A model generated the notes under the pieces. The model ran no database searches, was not told where the DNA came from, and saw nothing but the letters and a program-made list of their open reading frames with translations. From assembly GCA_951406725.2 (NCBI GenBank), contig OX597818.1, positions 140,120,001 to 140,184,000 on the forward strand: 64,000 nucleotides of DNA. Direction: 5' to 3'. The position numbers and the translations under genes were made by a program. The DNA comes from Octopus vulgaris. Its lineage: Eukaryota. Of the stretch, positions 40,615 to 53,212 are shown piece by piece (within the stretch, counting starts at the first letter, position 1; the number at the start of each line of letters is the position of its first letter).

Positions 40615-41960
40615 TGCGAGAAGAAATACCCGGCGTTGCCCAGTTTAAAGACAGCAATGAAATTTCAAAACGCCCTCTAGCTTACATAGGTCTCAACTGC
40701 TTGTAGCCTGGAAAACAACTTTCTACATTAATAACTCTCAAACCCATGCCAAGATGGAATACATACGTTAAGCGAAATGTAAAAAAGAAAATTTTCAACT
40801 CATATATGTATATAAAGTAAATACACGTAATTCAAAAACACGCTTTGTGTAGCTTATTTTGTAACATAAAAACAGTTACAGATTATAAACAATGGTTTGG
40901 TGATTCATTTGATAGCCAATCTGATGATAAATTCTGACTGTGTAGAAGATAGTAAACAATATAAATAACTGGGTAACAGAAATTATATTTCTTCAAACGA
41001 CGAGCAGAAAGTAAATAATTTTTTACGGAAAATAAAGAATTGTATAGGGTGAAGCGAAATTTGCCACTTAGTGAACCAATGAGCCAGTATCGAAGGAACC
41101 AGAAAAAATCGTTAACAAAAGAAAAACACAAAGCCCTTGCAAAAGTAAATCAGAAATTTTTAAGGAAATTAACTAAGTGTACTGATTGAAGTGAAATTTT
41201 TGAAGTTACTTCTCTCAGTAAATTATGAACTTACTTTAATCAGTAATTCCGTCAACAACAATAAAACACAAAACGTTGCAAATGTAAATAAAAAAAATTT
41301 TTAGGCAAATTTAACAAAATGTACGGATTGAAGTGAAGTTTATGAAGATACTTCTGTTAGTAAATTATGTATGAAATTACTTTCATCAGTAATTGTGAAC
41401 TTCTTTCTCTCAGTAATTTATCGTTGTTGTTTTGTAAATAGCGATCGAAAACTTAAAGTGAAACTAGCGTCTGAAAAATGAAAGTGAAAGCAAGAGAGAG
41501 TGAGTAAGATATAGAGATATACACAGCGAGATATAGAGAGATAGAGATAGAGAGAGATGGATAGAGAGACAAAGATAGAAAGATATAGATGTCACCGACG
41601 ATAACAAATTGGAAGTATATATTTTTAAGAACTTTCAAAGATGTGAATCTCATATAAAAAGGACAAATTTAAGTCTTTTTTATGACCAATGGATGTGAGG
41701 GAGACAATCAATTGCTGGAAGATACTTCGCAAACGGTTATCTCCTTTGTCCACGTAACTCAGGAACGGGGGTTTCTGCCCCCAGGGGACTCGTTATTCAT
41801 TATGTTAACGTTTTTAAGAGTTTAAAACTATTCCATGAACATAAGTAATATACGTTCCCTGTTTGCAGAAAATCAGTTGAACAATACGACCGTTACAATC
41901 TTTTACACACACACGCAGACACAAACTGAATGGGATTTATATTATATTATATATATATAA
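40615..41960 (-). mobile_element. Non-autonomous Helitron/DINE-like element
   Basis: Minus-strand start tatatataat...tgtgtctgcgtgtgtgtgt..caactgattttctgcaaac and 3' hairpin ctgggcaacgccgggtat. The same 3' motif occurs at 60531-60548. Confidence 0.55.
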
Positions 41961-42189
41961 AGAAAACAGAAAATGGAGATATACTGATTACATCAATTAT
42001 TATTTACTAATTCAATGCAAATTGACGGCATCCCCTCTTATGAACATAATGTTTGCATATGTATGTCCCTGGTTAAATATAGGTAATATAACGGGAGTGT
42101 AATGGACACTTCTATCCCTTACTCTGTTGTTTGAACCTCTAACTCAACTAACCTATAGATATATATATGTGTGTGTGTAGATAGGTAGA

Positions 42190-42512
42190 GTGAGGGCGCG
42201 TGGCTTAGTGGTTAGGGCATTCGGCTCATGATCGTAAGGTTGTGAGTTCGATTCCCGGCGACGCGTTGTGTCCTTGAGCAAGACACTTTATTTCACGTTG
42301 CTCCAGTCCACTCAGCTGGCAAAAATGAGTTGTACTTGTATTTCAAAGGGTCAGCCTTGTCACTCTCTGTGTCACGCTGATTATCCCCGAGAACTACGTT
42401 AAGGTTACACGTGTCTGTGGAATGCTCAGCCATTTGCACGTTAATTTCACGAGCAAGCTGTTCCGTTGATCGTATCAGCTGGGACCCTCGTCGTCGTAAC
42501 CGGCGGAGTCTT
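42190..42512 (+). mobile_element. SINE family C, full length with TSD
   Basis: Matches 14653-14977; TSD agataggtaga on both sides. Confidence 0.9.
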
Positions 42513-42598
42513 TTAAGATAGGTAGATAGAGAGGAAGAGAGACATAGAGACAGAGAGATAGATAGACAGACAGATAGATAGATAGATAGATAGATAGG

Positions 42599-42694
<96 letters not shown>

Positions 42695-42696
42695 AT

Positions 42697-42750
<54 letters not shown>

Positions 42751-43371
42751 GACCTTGCAATTTGTAGTTATTAGCACTTAAATATGTGTATAAATCAGGA
42801 TCTAAACATAAGCTGATATAAATCTTAAGAAGACTCTCAAATACATTAATTTTCATAACAAGGTGCGTTCATTCACTGTCCTCATATTAATATATTTTTG
42901 GCTTTTGATTTCTTTTTCTCCAGAAAAATAACGAAAATCCGTTGTATTTATAATTCTTTCTATTTATTTACCTGGCAAGAATTGTTTATTATCAGATGTA
43001 CGAGAAACCAAATAACAGTTTATTGAGAGTCAAAACAGCATTATTAGCTAAAATCATGCCTCAAGACCTAGGAGACGCTGTAATTTATTTATTTATAAAT
43101 AAGTTATCACAGTATTTGAATTTTATTTTTACCTTGTAAATTTGCGTTAATATCGGTTACGTATGCACAGGTATATGTATCGGTATATATATTGATATAA
43201 ATATATACATACATACATACATGTGTGTGTGTATGCGTGTGTGTATGCGTGTGTGTAGACATTTATTTATTTATTCGTGTTATTAGTGTAGTAAACACAT
43301 ACACACATATATACATAGCTATCTATCTATCTATCTATCTATCTATCTCTCAATCTATCTATCTATATATC

Positions 43372-43404
<33 letters not shown>

Positions 43405-43660
43405 GTATATATATCAAATGCACTCAAAAACAAGAAGGAAGGAAAAGCTGTTTTACGTTTAGAGCAAAGCTCTTCTTCAGGAATAGGAGACAGAGGAAAG
43501 TCATTCATGTGATTTGTAAAAATATTTTTTCCAGAGAGCAGTTATTGTTTAGAGAAACTTATGTCTTGTTCACGATAGATATGAAAACAAGAGTATTCTC
43601 TAAATTTGTTCCATTACACATACATACATACATACATACATACATACATACATACATACA

Positions 43661-43730
<70 letters not shown>

Positions 43731-43742
43731 TATATATATATA

Positions 43743-43980
43743 CTTTATTTCAAAGCAGCAGAAAATTCAACAAAACCTGTTACTCTGACTTTCACGTTCC
43801 CGTTCGTCGGACAGTTTTTGCTAAAATAGAACCGATGTCCTGTCCGACGAACGGGAACGTGAAACTCAGAGTAACAGGTTTTGTTGAATTTTCTGCTGCT
43901 TTGAAATAAAGCATATTACTCTACCCCTGGTATTTGAGTACTCTTTCTTCCACCTTGTTTCACATTTATGTGTTTACTCC

Positions 43981-43982
<2 letters not shown>
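43743..43982 (+). mobile_element. Non-coding Penelope pLTR-like cassette with 72-bp inverted duplication, embedded in (TA)n
   Basis: Arms 43743-43814 and 43840-43911 (1 mismatch, 25-nt spacer); each arm carries a hammerhead-like motif. Confidence 0.75.
43839..43878 (+). ncRNA. Minimal hammerhead ribozyme variant (CCGACGA core)
   Basis: cctgt-CCGACGA-acg(ggaa)cgt-GAAA-ctc(a)gag-TA-acagg. Confidence 0.65.
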
Positions 43983-44020
<38 letters not shown>

Positions 44021-44257
44021 AAATAATATATATATATGCATATAAACACACATTCATGTACATATCTACATATATATGTATATATATGTGCGTATATGGG
44101 CACAGGATGTCAAAGGAAATGTGAACAAAATGAGAAACGAGAACACAAGAAACAAAACCATGGAAAAGGAACTTCTTTTTCGAACAAAAGGAAACAGATT
44201 GAGAAACGAGACAAGGTAGAGTAATATGCATTATTAATAAAGCTGCAAAGACATCAT

Positions 44258-44302
44258 AAAAACTGTTACTCAGTTTCACGTTCCCGTTCGTCGGATAGTT
44301 TT
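44258..44302 (-). ncRNA. Minimal hammerhead variant in a related pLTR-like cassette (~44098-44317)
   Basis: aaaactat-CCGACGA-acgggaacgt-GAAA-ctgagtA-acagtttt, followed by gcatattactctacc as in the 43.9-kb cassette. Confidence 0.6.
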
Positions 44303-44313
44303 GCTTGAGAATC

Positions 44314-44398
<85 letters not shown>

Positions 44399-44634
44399 GT
44401 AGTTGAATGAATTATCTTAGTATGGATAATTCGGTTAACCGATACCCGTGTAGCAAATTCACGTCAGAAAAACATGGTTGAAGCTACATGCCAAGGGCAG
44501 AGATCACGTGCTTTCGTGTGGAAATTTGTGTGTTTTTTTAATACAAATAAATGAAAGAATGGAGTTGAACGACGATTTAACAAAATTCGAGAATAAAGGA
44601 ATTTTGTTAAATCGTCGTTCAACTCCATTCTTTC

Positions 44635-44682
<48 letters not shown>

Positions 44683-45767
44683 CATGTGTGCGTGTGTATG
44701 TGTGTGTGTGTGCGCCTGTGTGTTGTGTGTATATGTGTGTGTGCCTGTGTCTGTATGTATATGTATATTACTGTGGTGGAATGCAGTTTACTACTACAAA
44801 ATAGTGTAGATACTGTACAGCAAGGAATTGGAGTGTCTTGCGTTATATCTACTGGCTCCATTCGTTCTCAGTCCAAATTGCGCTGTGGCCTTCGTGAGCG
44901 CAGATTTAATACATCTTCCATTTTAACAGCTCCATCTGACACCTTACGTGACTTTAGTGAAGTCCATTCAGTTCAGGTTTCCGGTTTAAGTATCCCTTTC
45001 TCACTTCCTTCTTCCCAACACAGTCCGAAGTTCTGTAAAGGGGTCTTCAACACCTAACTTTCTAATCACATATATCCATCCAACTATTAACAGGTGGTTT
45101 CAAACTGTGACCTTGTACCAATAAAAGAAATCATTACTTTACAGTCGAAAAATGTTTCCACAATACGTATGAAATAATTAGTAAATATTCCATATTAACT
45201 TGAATATCTGGACATAGAATACAATACATTGTGGAACTAAATTCAGTTCAATAATAGATTCTTTATTGTAAGTCTAGTAAACCGTTCTCTAATAGTTTCC
45301 TATGTTTAAAGTTAGTTGTATTCAATGATAAATATTCAATTAGTTGCTGCTGACCCTTGACAGCTGAGTATACGAAGCTGATTTCATTCAGGTTCAAATA
45401 GCAGCGTTAATAGAATATTTAAGCAGTATACATGCATGCATACTCCCGCACGCCTGCTTATATAGACACACAAATCCAGTACGAGGTTCATGCTGACAAG
45501 ACGCATGAACTAATACACGCCATTTAAACATTTTCTATTCAACACGCACAGGCATACACATACACGTTTTGCTCAATTCCTTTCTCCCTCTCCCTTTCTC
45601 CCTATACATGAGTGTGTTTGTGTGTATGCGTGTGTTTACACACTCATATTTATGTATATATATGTATATATGCATTTGAGCACATACGTCACATACATAT
45701 CTATATACATATATGAACATATCAATTCATCAATCTGTCTGTATATCTATCGATCTTTCTCTCTCTT

Positions 45768-45832
<65 letters not shown>

Positions 45833-45838
<6 letters not shown>

Positions 45839-46405
45839 TTTAGGGTAGCAAAAATTTCCAGAAAAATTCTCCGCTACCATCGGTCAAGTGAGAAAGAAAA
45901 AATAGTCAATAGACTATATAATACACATTCAAGCATATAAGGGATGGCCATGATAGGACATCCGACTCACTAGAAAGAGCAGTTAAACTCCAAACCACTA
46001 ATAGTTGTAATTCTGAAATGGAAAGAGAAATAAAAACGTTTACCCTCTCCTTTCTGGACTATGCATTGTTTCGGCAATATTTAGTAAATAAAATGAATTT
46101 ATTTACAACTGGCGTGTCTCTTCATCAGAAAGCCAAGGACTACCATATAGTCACGAAGCGATAATAACCATGCTTCGAGTTTATATGCTATAACTTTTCA
46201 AAATCCACCACACACGCGCGGTTTTCTCAGCAGCAAATATAAGTTGCTGATTTAATTTCAAAATTAGCTAAAAACTCATTAATTGATAAATTTTAAGGTA
46301 GCAAAAAGTTCTAGAAAATTTCTCCGCTACCAGCGGTCAAGTGATATATAAAATATAGTCAATAGACTATATAATATACATTCAAACATATAAGGGATGG
46401 CCATA
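45833..46405 (-). mobile_element. ~455-bp unit with ~120-bp direct terminal repeats and an internal hammerhead-like core (partial tandem)
   Basis: 45833-45952 matches 46287-46405 (ataaatttta.ggtagcaaaaa...ataagggatggccat). CTGATGA...GAAACAATGCATAGTC on the minus strand at 46049-46134. Microsatellites on both flanks. Confidence 0.55.
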
Positions 46406-46449
46406 ATGTGTTTGTATATAAATATATACATACACACACACGCACACAC

Positions 46450-46512
<63 letters not shown>

Positions 46513-46513
46513 T

Positions 46514-46590
<77 letters not shown>

Positions 46591-46670
46591 TACACACACA
46601 CACACACATATATATATATATGTATATTTATTCATCTATTAATCTATCCACCCATCCATCTATTATTCTT

Positions 46671-46734
<64 letters not shown>

Positions 46735-46777
46735 CCTATCTATTTATCTATTTATCTATCTATATGTATATATATAC

Positions 46778-46816
<39 letters not shown>

Positions 46817-47072
46817 CATACATACATATATAGGATTTTGTGGTTATTTTCACTGTCTATTATTTTGTTCCAATTATTTTAAAATTTGGTAAATAGATTA
46901 AATTTTGTGTTTTTGTTATGAAAATGAAAATGAAAATCATTTTTCCAATACATTCATAATTTTAATGCTATTAGCCTTTAATATTTGCAAAATTTGGGTA
47001 TTTTAACCACTCAGAAGCGAGTATTTTACACAACGCCGTGAAGATCTGTTAGCATAGTAAGCAAAGAAGCAC

Positions 47073-47139
47073 CACGTGTTCCATAGCTGATTGCGAAGAA
47101 CTCTGTTTCTATAGTAACCAAAGATGCTGCGCATGCGCA
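47073..47139. promoter_or_regulatory. Promoter-like motif cluster: E-box, RFX X-box, NRF1 palindrome
   Basis: CACGTG 47073-47078, GTTTCTATAGTAAC 47105-47118 and TGCGCATGCGCA 47128-47139 in non-repetitive, CpG-containing sequence. Confidence 0.5.
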
Positions 47140-47559
47140 TAAGGTGTCTATACAAGGTCTGCATACGACACTCAGTTCTTCTACGAACCACTATCTTCAG
47201 TGACCTGTGGCGAGAAATTGTGGGCTATGATTTCAAACATAAACTGTGAACCATAGCATTGAACCTATTAACTCAAAAGATCTGAATCCCACTCAACAAA
47301 TTAAGAGTACCTGCGCATTTTTGAAGCGTGGAAACAAACGCCGGTGTGGGACACACCGTTCCATGGTTGACTATTAACCTTTGTGAATATATACTAAGAA
47401 GGAGAAATGAGAACGATAATTTAGTTTATAAAATCGTAGAGTGTATTTAAAACTTTAGCTCTTGAATTTTTTAAACTAATAAATGTATGTTTTGACTGTT
47501 ATTTCTAGCAACCCTTGTTGGTATACTCATAGCTTTTAAATATTTAATTATTTGCTCTG

Positions 47560-47601
<42 letters not shown>

Positions 47602-47675
47602 TGTGTGTGTGTGTGTGTTTGTGTGTGTGTGAGTGTGTGTGTGAGTGTGTGTGTGTTTGTGTGTGTGTTGTGTGA

Positions 47676-47713
<38 letters not shown>

Positions 47714-47804
47714 TTGTGTGTGTTTGTGTGTGTGTGTGTGTGTTTGTGTGTGCGTGTGTATGTATGTTTGTGTGTGAGTGTGTGTGTGTGTGTGTGTGAG
47801 TGTG

Positions 47805-47990
47805 TGTTTGTGTCACACCACTGCTTGACAAGCGATGTTGATGTGTTTACGTCCCTGTAATCTAGCTCTTCGACAAAAGAGCCTGATAGGGTAAGTACCA
47901 GGATTTTAATAAAAATAAGTACTTGGGTCGATTTATTCGACTAAAAGCATTCCGCATTCTCATGATCGAAAGAAGTAAAATATAAAAGAA
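47805..47990 (+). mobile_element. SINE family D 3' half (degenerate), after its expanded (GT)n
   Basis: gcttgacaa.cgatgttgatgtgtttacgtccc..gataggg.aagtaccagg. Confidence 0.6.
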
Positions 47991-48019
47991 ACAATCTAAA
48001 TACAATATTTTTTCAAAAC

Positions 48020-48135
<116 letters not shown>

Positions 48136-48217
48136 TAAAAATAAGATAACTGAAATCACAACATGAAACGAATCTTAGTGATCTACTAAATAATATATAT
48201 ATATATATATATCATAT

Positions 48218-48290
<73 letters not shown>

Positions 48291-48293
<3 letters not shown>

Positions 48294-48517
48294 ACGGGAA
48301 GGTTTACGAAAATAAACAAAAGACGAAGGCAGGTGGAGTACAAACAAATAAATGTATTAGTATGGCGGTCAGGAATAGAAATAGAAAAAGTCTTTTACCT
48401 TTCGAGCCTACGCTCTTCGAGAGAAAGATACACAAAAAAAAAACAAAGAGAGAAACAAGGAGAAAATAAAATGCGTGTAGGAGCTAACGATTTATCATGG
48501 CGTCTTGACTTCAGACA
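48291..48517 (-). mobile_element. pLTR-like cassette inside (TA)n with a degenerate minimal hammerhead
   Basis: Minus strand 48391-48428 reads tcttt-CTCTCGAA-gagc(gtag)gctc-GAAA-ggtA-aaaga; (TA)n on both sides. Confidence 0.5.
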
Positions 48518-48520
48518 ATA

Positions 48521-48576
<56 letters not shown>

Positions 48577-48863
48577 CTCCAAGAATGTTCTTTGTCTATC
48601 GCCTTAACGTCTTGGAGATTTTAGGCAAAATTATGCTAATGTGTCCATCTGTTTTAATTTAATTAAATTCTATGTCTTTGTGCAGCTGAGAATTGCTCTG
48701 CAGTTTTACCAATGCTGTCCTTAGACGAATTCCAGTCATACGCACACTAAGGTAATTGACACATATTTTCTAGTGTTCATCTGTTAGTGTAGCTATTTCT
48801 TTCTCTGTACACACACATGCACAAACCCACATACACGCGCGCACACACATACACGCACATACA

Positions 48864-48916
<53 letters not shown>

Positions 48917-48923
48917 GCACATA

Positions 48924-49143
48924 TACTCTTTTACTCTTTTACTTGTCTCAGTCATTTGACTGCGGCCATGCTGGAGCACCGCCTTTAATCGAGTAACTAG
49001 ACCCCGGGACTTAATCTTTGTAAGCCCAGTACTTATTCTATCGGTCTCTTTTGCCGAACCGCTAAGTAACGGGGACATAAACACACCAGCATCGGTTGTC
49101 AAGCAATGCTAGGGGGACAAACACAGACACACAAACATACATG

Positions 49144-49193
<50 letters not shown>

Positions 49194-49353
49194 TACGACG
49201 GGCTTCTTTCAGTTTCCGTCTACCAAATCCACTCACAAGGCATTGGTCGGCCCGAGGCTATAGTAGAAGACACTTGCCCAAGGCTCCACGCAGTGGGACT
49301 GAACCCGGAACCATGTGGTTGGTAAACAAGCTACTTACCACACAGCCACTCCT
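48924..49353 (-). mobile_element. tRNA-derived SINE family D with internal (TA)n/(TG)n microsatellite
   Basis: Head AGGAGTGGCTGTGTGGTAAGTAGCTTG..GGTTCAGTCCC, body CTTGGGCAAGTGTCTTCTACTATAGCCTCGGGCCGACC, tail (AGTAAAAG)n. Confidence 0.88.
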
Positions 49354-50235
49354 ACGCACAGGCAGATATGTATGTATGCCTGCCTGCATGCATGTATGTA
49401 TGTATGTATGTATGTATGTATGTATGTATGTATGTATGTATGCATGTATGTATGTATGTATGTATGTATGTATGTATGTATGTATGTATAAGCATATATC
49501 TATTTCTATTTCTATACGTACTTGTGAATCGGCTTCTATGTGTGAGTGCACGCGTGTGCTGCGTGCGTCTATTACGCGCCTAGGTATGTGTATGCCTGTG
49601 TGTGTGTGACTGGGTTTGTACACGTGTGTATGCACGTGTGTCTTCCTTCTTATGGCGCATCTAAGCCTTTGTATTTACGCAAAGTGCAAACGTTATTAAT
49701 CTCACAGTTTACTAACTGAATTCTCTCTGTGCGATAGTATTCAAAAGAACAATGTAATTCTGCATATTATAGGAAACATTTTCACCAAATACCATTATTT
49801 AGTCAGGAACCATTGATTAAATATAAAAGGGTTTGGCGATGGCTTGAGGAGCAAACCTTAATGAACCAGATAATATTTTCGCTCGCTATTGTAATAAACT
49901 ACAAGTTATCAAAAGCTTTATTGACTTGTCTCATTCTAGTTGATGCTTAAATGAACGTTATCTTCTATCTTGCAGAGATCTCTACTTACTTGTTCTTCTG
50001 GCAACTCTATTATATATGCTTTAGTTGCCGGCATCAATAGAATTGCTCTCTGAAGAGATATTGTTATCGTCATTATAAACATATCTACATTATCGGGATT
50101 TTCCATTATGACTCCCAAGTATCACTTTGGCCTTAAAAGATTTGCTTCTATGGTTGTATATGAAGTAGAGAAGCTATTAAAATAAACTAAGGTCTAAGTT
50201 CAATTTGCAGACAGTTTTTACTGTATATGCTGAGA

Positions 50236-50307
<72 letters not shown>

Positions 50308-50384
50308 CATTATTATTATCATTATTATTATTATTATTATCATTATTATTATTATTATCATTATTATTATCATTATTATTATTA

Positions 50385-50419
<35 letters not shown>

Positions 50420-50426
50420 ATCATTA

Positions 50427-50463
<37 letters not shown>

Positions 50464-50625
50464 CATTATTATTATTATTATTATCATTATTATTATTATT
50501 ATCGTCATTATTATTATTATTATTATTATCATTAGTTATTATTATCATTATTATTATTATCATTATTATTATTATTATTATCATTATTATTATTATTATC
50601 ATCATTATTATTATTATTATTATTA

Positions 50626-50665
<40 letters not shown>

Positions 50666-50673
50666 CATTATTA

Positions 50674-50707
<34 letters not shown>

Positions 50708-50783
50708 CATTATTATTATTATCATTATTATCATTATTATTATTATTTTAATTATTATTATTTTAATTATTATTATTATTATA

Positions 50784-50860
<77 letters not shown>

Positions 50861-50867
50861 CATCATC
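50236..50867. repeat. ~630-bp (ATT)n/(ATC) microsatellite
   Basis: Directly visible. Confidence 0.95.
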
Positions 50868-51102
50868 AAGGCGGCGAGCTGGCAGTCACGATAGGACGCC
50901 GGGCGAAATGCTTGGCGGTATTTTGTCTGCCGCTACGTTTTGAGTTCAAATTCCGCCGAGGTCGACTTTGCCTTTAATCCTTTGGGAGTCGATTAAATAA
51001 GTACCAGTTACGCACTGGGGTCGATATAATCGACTTAATCTGTTTGTCTGTCCTTGTTTTCCCCCCTCTGTGTTTCGCCCCTTGTGAGTAGTAAAGAAAT
51101 AG
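50868..51102 (+). mobile_element. SINE family A, full length
   Basis: Matches family A; followed by a truncated related copy at 51122-51270. Confidence 0.9.
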
Positions 51103-51294
51103 GCATTTACCCCGTGGCTATCTTCTGAGTTCAAATTCCGCCGAGGTCGACTTTGCCTTTCATCCGATCGAGGCGATAAAAGTAGTACCGGTTGAGCACT
51201 GGTCTCGATGCAATCGACTCATCCCCTCCCCAAAACGGCTGTCCTTGTGACAAAATGTGAATCCATTATTATCATCCTCATCATCAACATCACC

Positions 51295-51527
51295 TATTTC
51301 TTTACTACCCACAAGAGGCTAAACACAGAGAGGACAAACAAGGACAGACAATCGGATTAAGTCGATTATATAGACCCCAGTGCGTAACCGGTACTTATTT
51401 AATCAACCCCGAAAGGATGAAAGGCAAAGTCGACCTCGGCGGAATTTGAACTCAGAACGTAACGGCAGGCGAAATACCGCTAATCATTTCGCCCGGCGTG
51501 CTAACGTTTCTGCCAGATCGCCGCCTG
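51295..51527 (-). mobile_element. SINE family A, full length
   Basis: Matches family A. Confidence 0.9.
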
Positions 51528-52859
51528 TATAAACATCATAAACATCACCGCTCAGTTTTTGCCTTCGTAAAAGATGCAATGAGCAAATCCATTCCAAATC
51601 AATCTCAGGAGTTCTCGCCCTTACAGAAGGATCGTGTTTCTAAAATATCATCACACACATCGAGAAACTCAAGGATTGATCAGTGCCATGGTTATCTTTC
51701 TGATTACAGCACTACGACCCGACCACTTAGACATAACTTTAGATGTCTATGAAATATTCTTTGGCATTGTGTGGCGTCAGACGTGAGGTTGGAAGAATCA
51801 TTGAAATGTCGGCCTATTTGCCTTACACGGTTTCTTCCCGATTCATACAATCTGTTTTCAAACTCAGCGAGGTCAGTTTTGCTTATCACACATCTGAGAC
51901 TGATAAATTAAAATGCAAGTCAAGTACGTATTCGGGACAATCACTCTCTCGTTAAAAATAGTAATTATTATACACCAGTTTTGTAACCCACGACAAATCC
52001 TGCGACGGTGATTATAAAGCATCATAAAATTTTTTTTTTTCTCAACTGAGTTTATTATCTTTTTCATGCGAATCGTGAATTTCTGGTCTCTATTAGTTTT
52101 CGTAATTCATCAATTTCAGGTTGAGCGCTCCTGGTAATATTATACACTTAATGGTCTTCGTCACACATTAGTGCACGGAAATTTCCCATGTATGACACTT
52201 ATAACATTTCCTAATGTTCAGTACGAGAGTAGAAGCTAACAAAGTCTACCTTGCGCTGAGCAACAGTAGTAGATATGAATGTATCCATAAATCCCTTCTT
52301 GGCTCTTGTGTTCCCGCCAAGGACTATTTTGAACGAATTGTGATGTATTTTCTCAATACTCTGTTCATTCACTCCCTCCATCTTATTGATCTGACTCTCT
52401 TATATCTGCTTTCCTTGTTCCAACACTTGCAGCACTCCCATTTGGCCTCCTACTTCCTCCAGCCACTACTACTTGCACACCTTCCACTGCACTCATTTCA
52501 TCATTAAGTTTCCCACTATTATAAGCTGACGCATTAGATCCATATCTCTCCACCATGAAGAAGGAGGTCGGGTCTTTTTCAATATATGTTTGATCCCATA
52601 AGTGGCTTCAAGTTTTTGGGGAACTACATCTGCCAACATTATGAAGTAACTCTGAGACCCCAGAAACCACTGTCGGATTTGTAACACCATACTGTTACCC
52701 TATAATTCTTTGAGTTTATGTAATGTGAGTAAGTTTGATTTTAGTCTCTGTCTTTTCTTTATTGACTTTTATACATGTATAGTATACTTTCTATAAATCA
52801 ATCCCAAGAAGTTTTATCTGTTTATTTGCATCATTTCCCACTCTCATGCGGTCTTTCTC

Positions 52860-52927
<68 letters not shown>

Positions 52928-52936
52928 ATATCTATC

Positions 52937-52994
<58 letters not shown>

Positions 52995-52997
<3 letters not shown>

Positions 52998-53212
52998 AGG
53001 CGCAATGACCCAGTGGTTAGGGCAGCGGACTCGCGGTCATAGGATCGCGGTTTCGATTCCCAGACCGGGCGTTGTGACTGTTTATTGAGCGAAAAACACC
53101 TAAAAGCTCCACGATGCTCCGGCAAAGGGTGGTGATCCCTGCTGTACTCTTTCACCACTCTTTCTCTCTTTCTTCTGTTGGCCTGCTCGCTTAGCCAGCG
53201 GGGTGGCGTCCT
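52995..53212 (+). mobile_element. SINE family B head and body with a divergent 3' part
   Basis: Matches family B up to gctgtactctttcaccac, then switches to ttctgttggcctgctcgcttagccagcggggtggcgtc. Confidence 0.8.

Noticed and set aside
44780-45060. Open frame of ~90 codons in unique sequence
   Set aside because: It starts in a microsatellite, with no recognisable motif or convincing splice sites.
52060-52740. Coding-like stretch (ORF 52493-52690, ..PPSSWWRDM..)
   Set aside because: Possibly old retroelement debris, but no diagnostic motif could be identified by eye.
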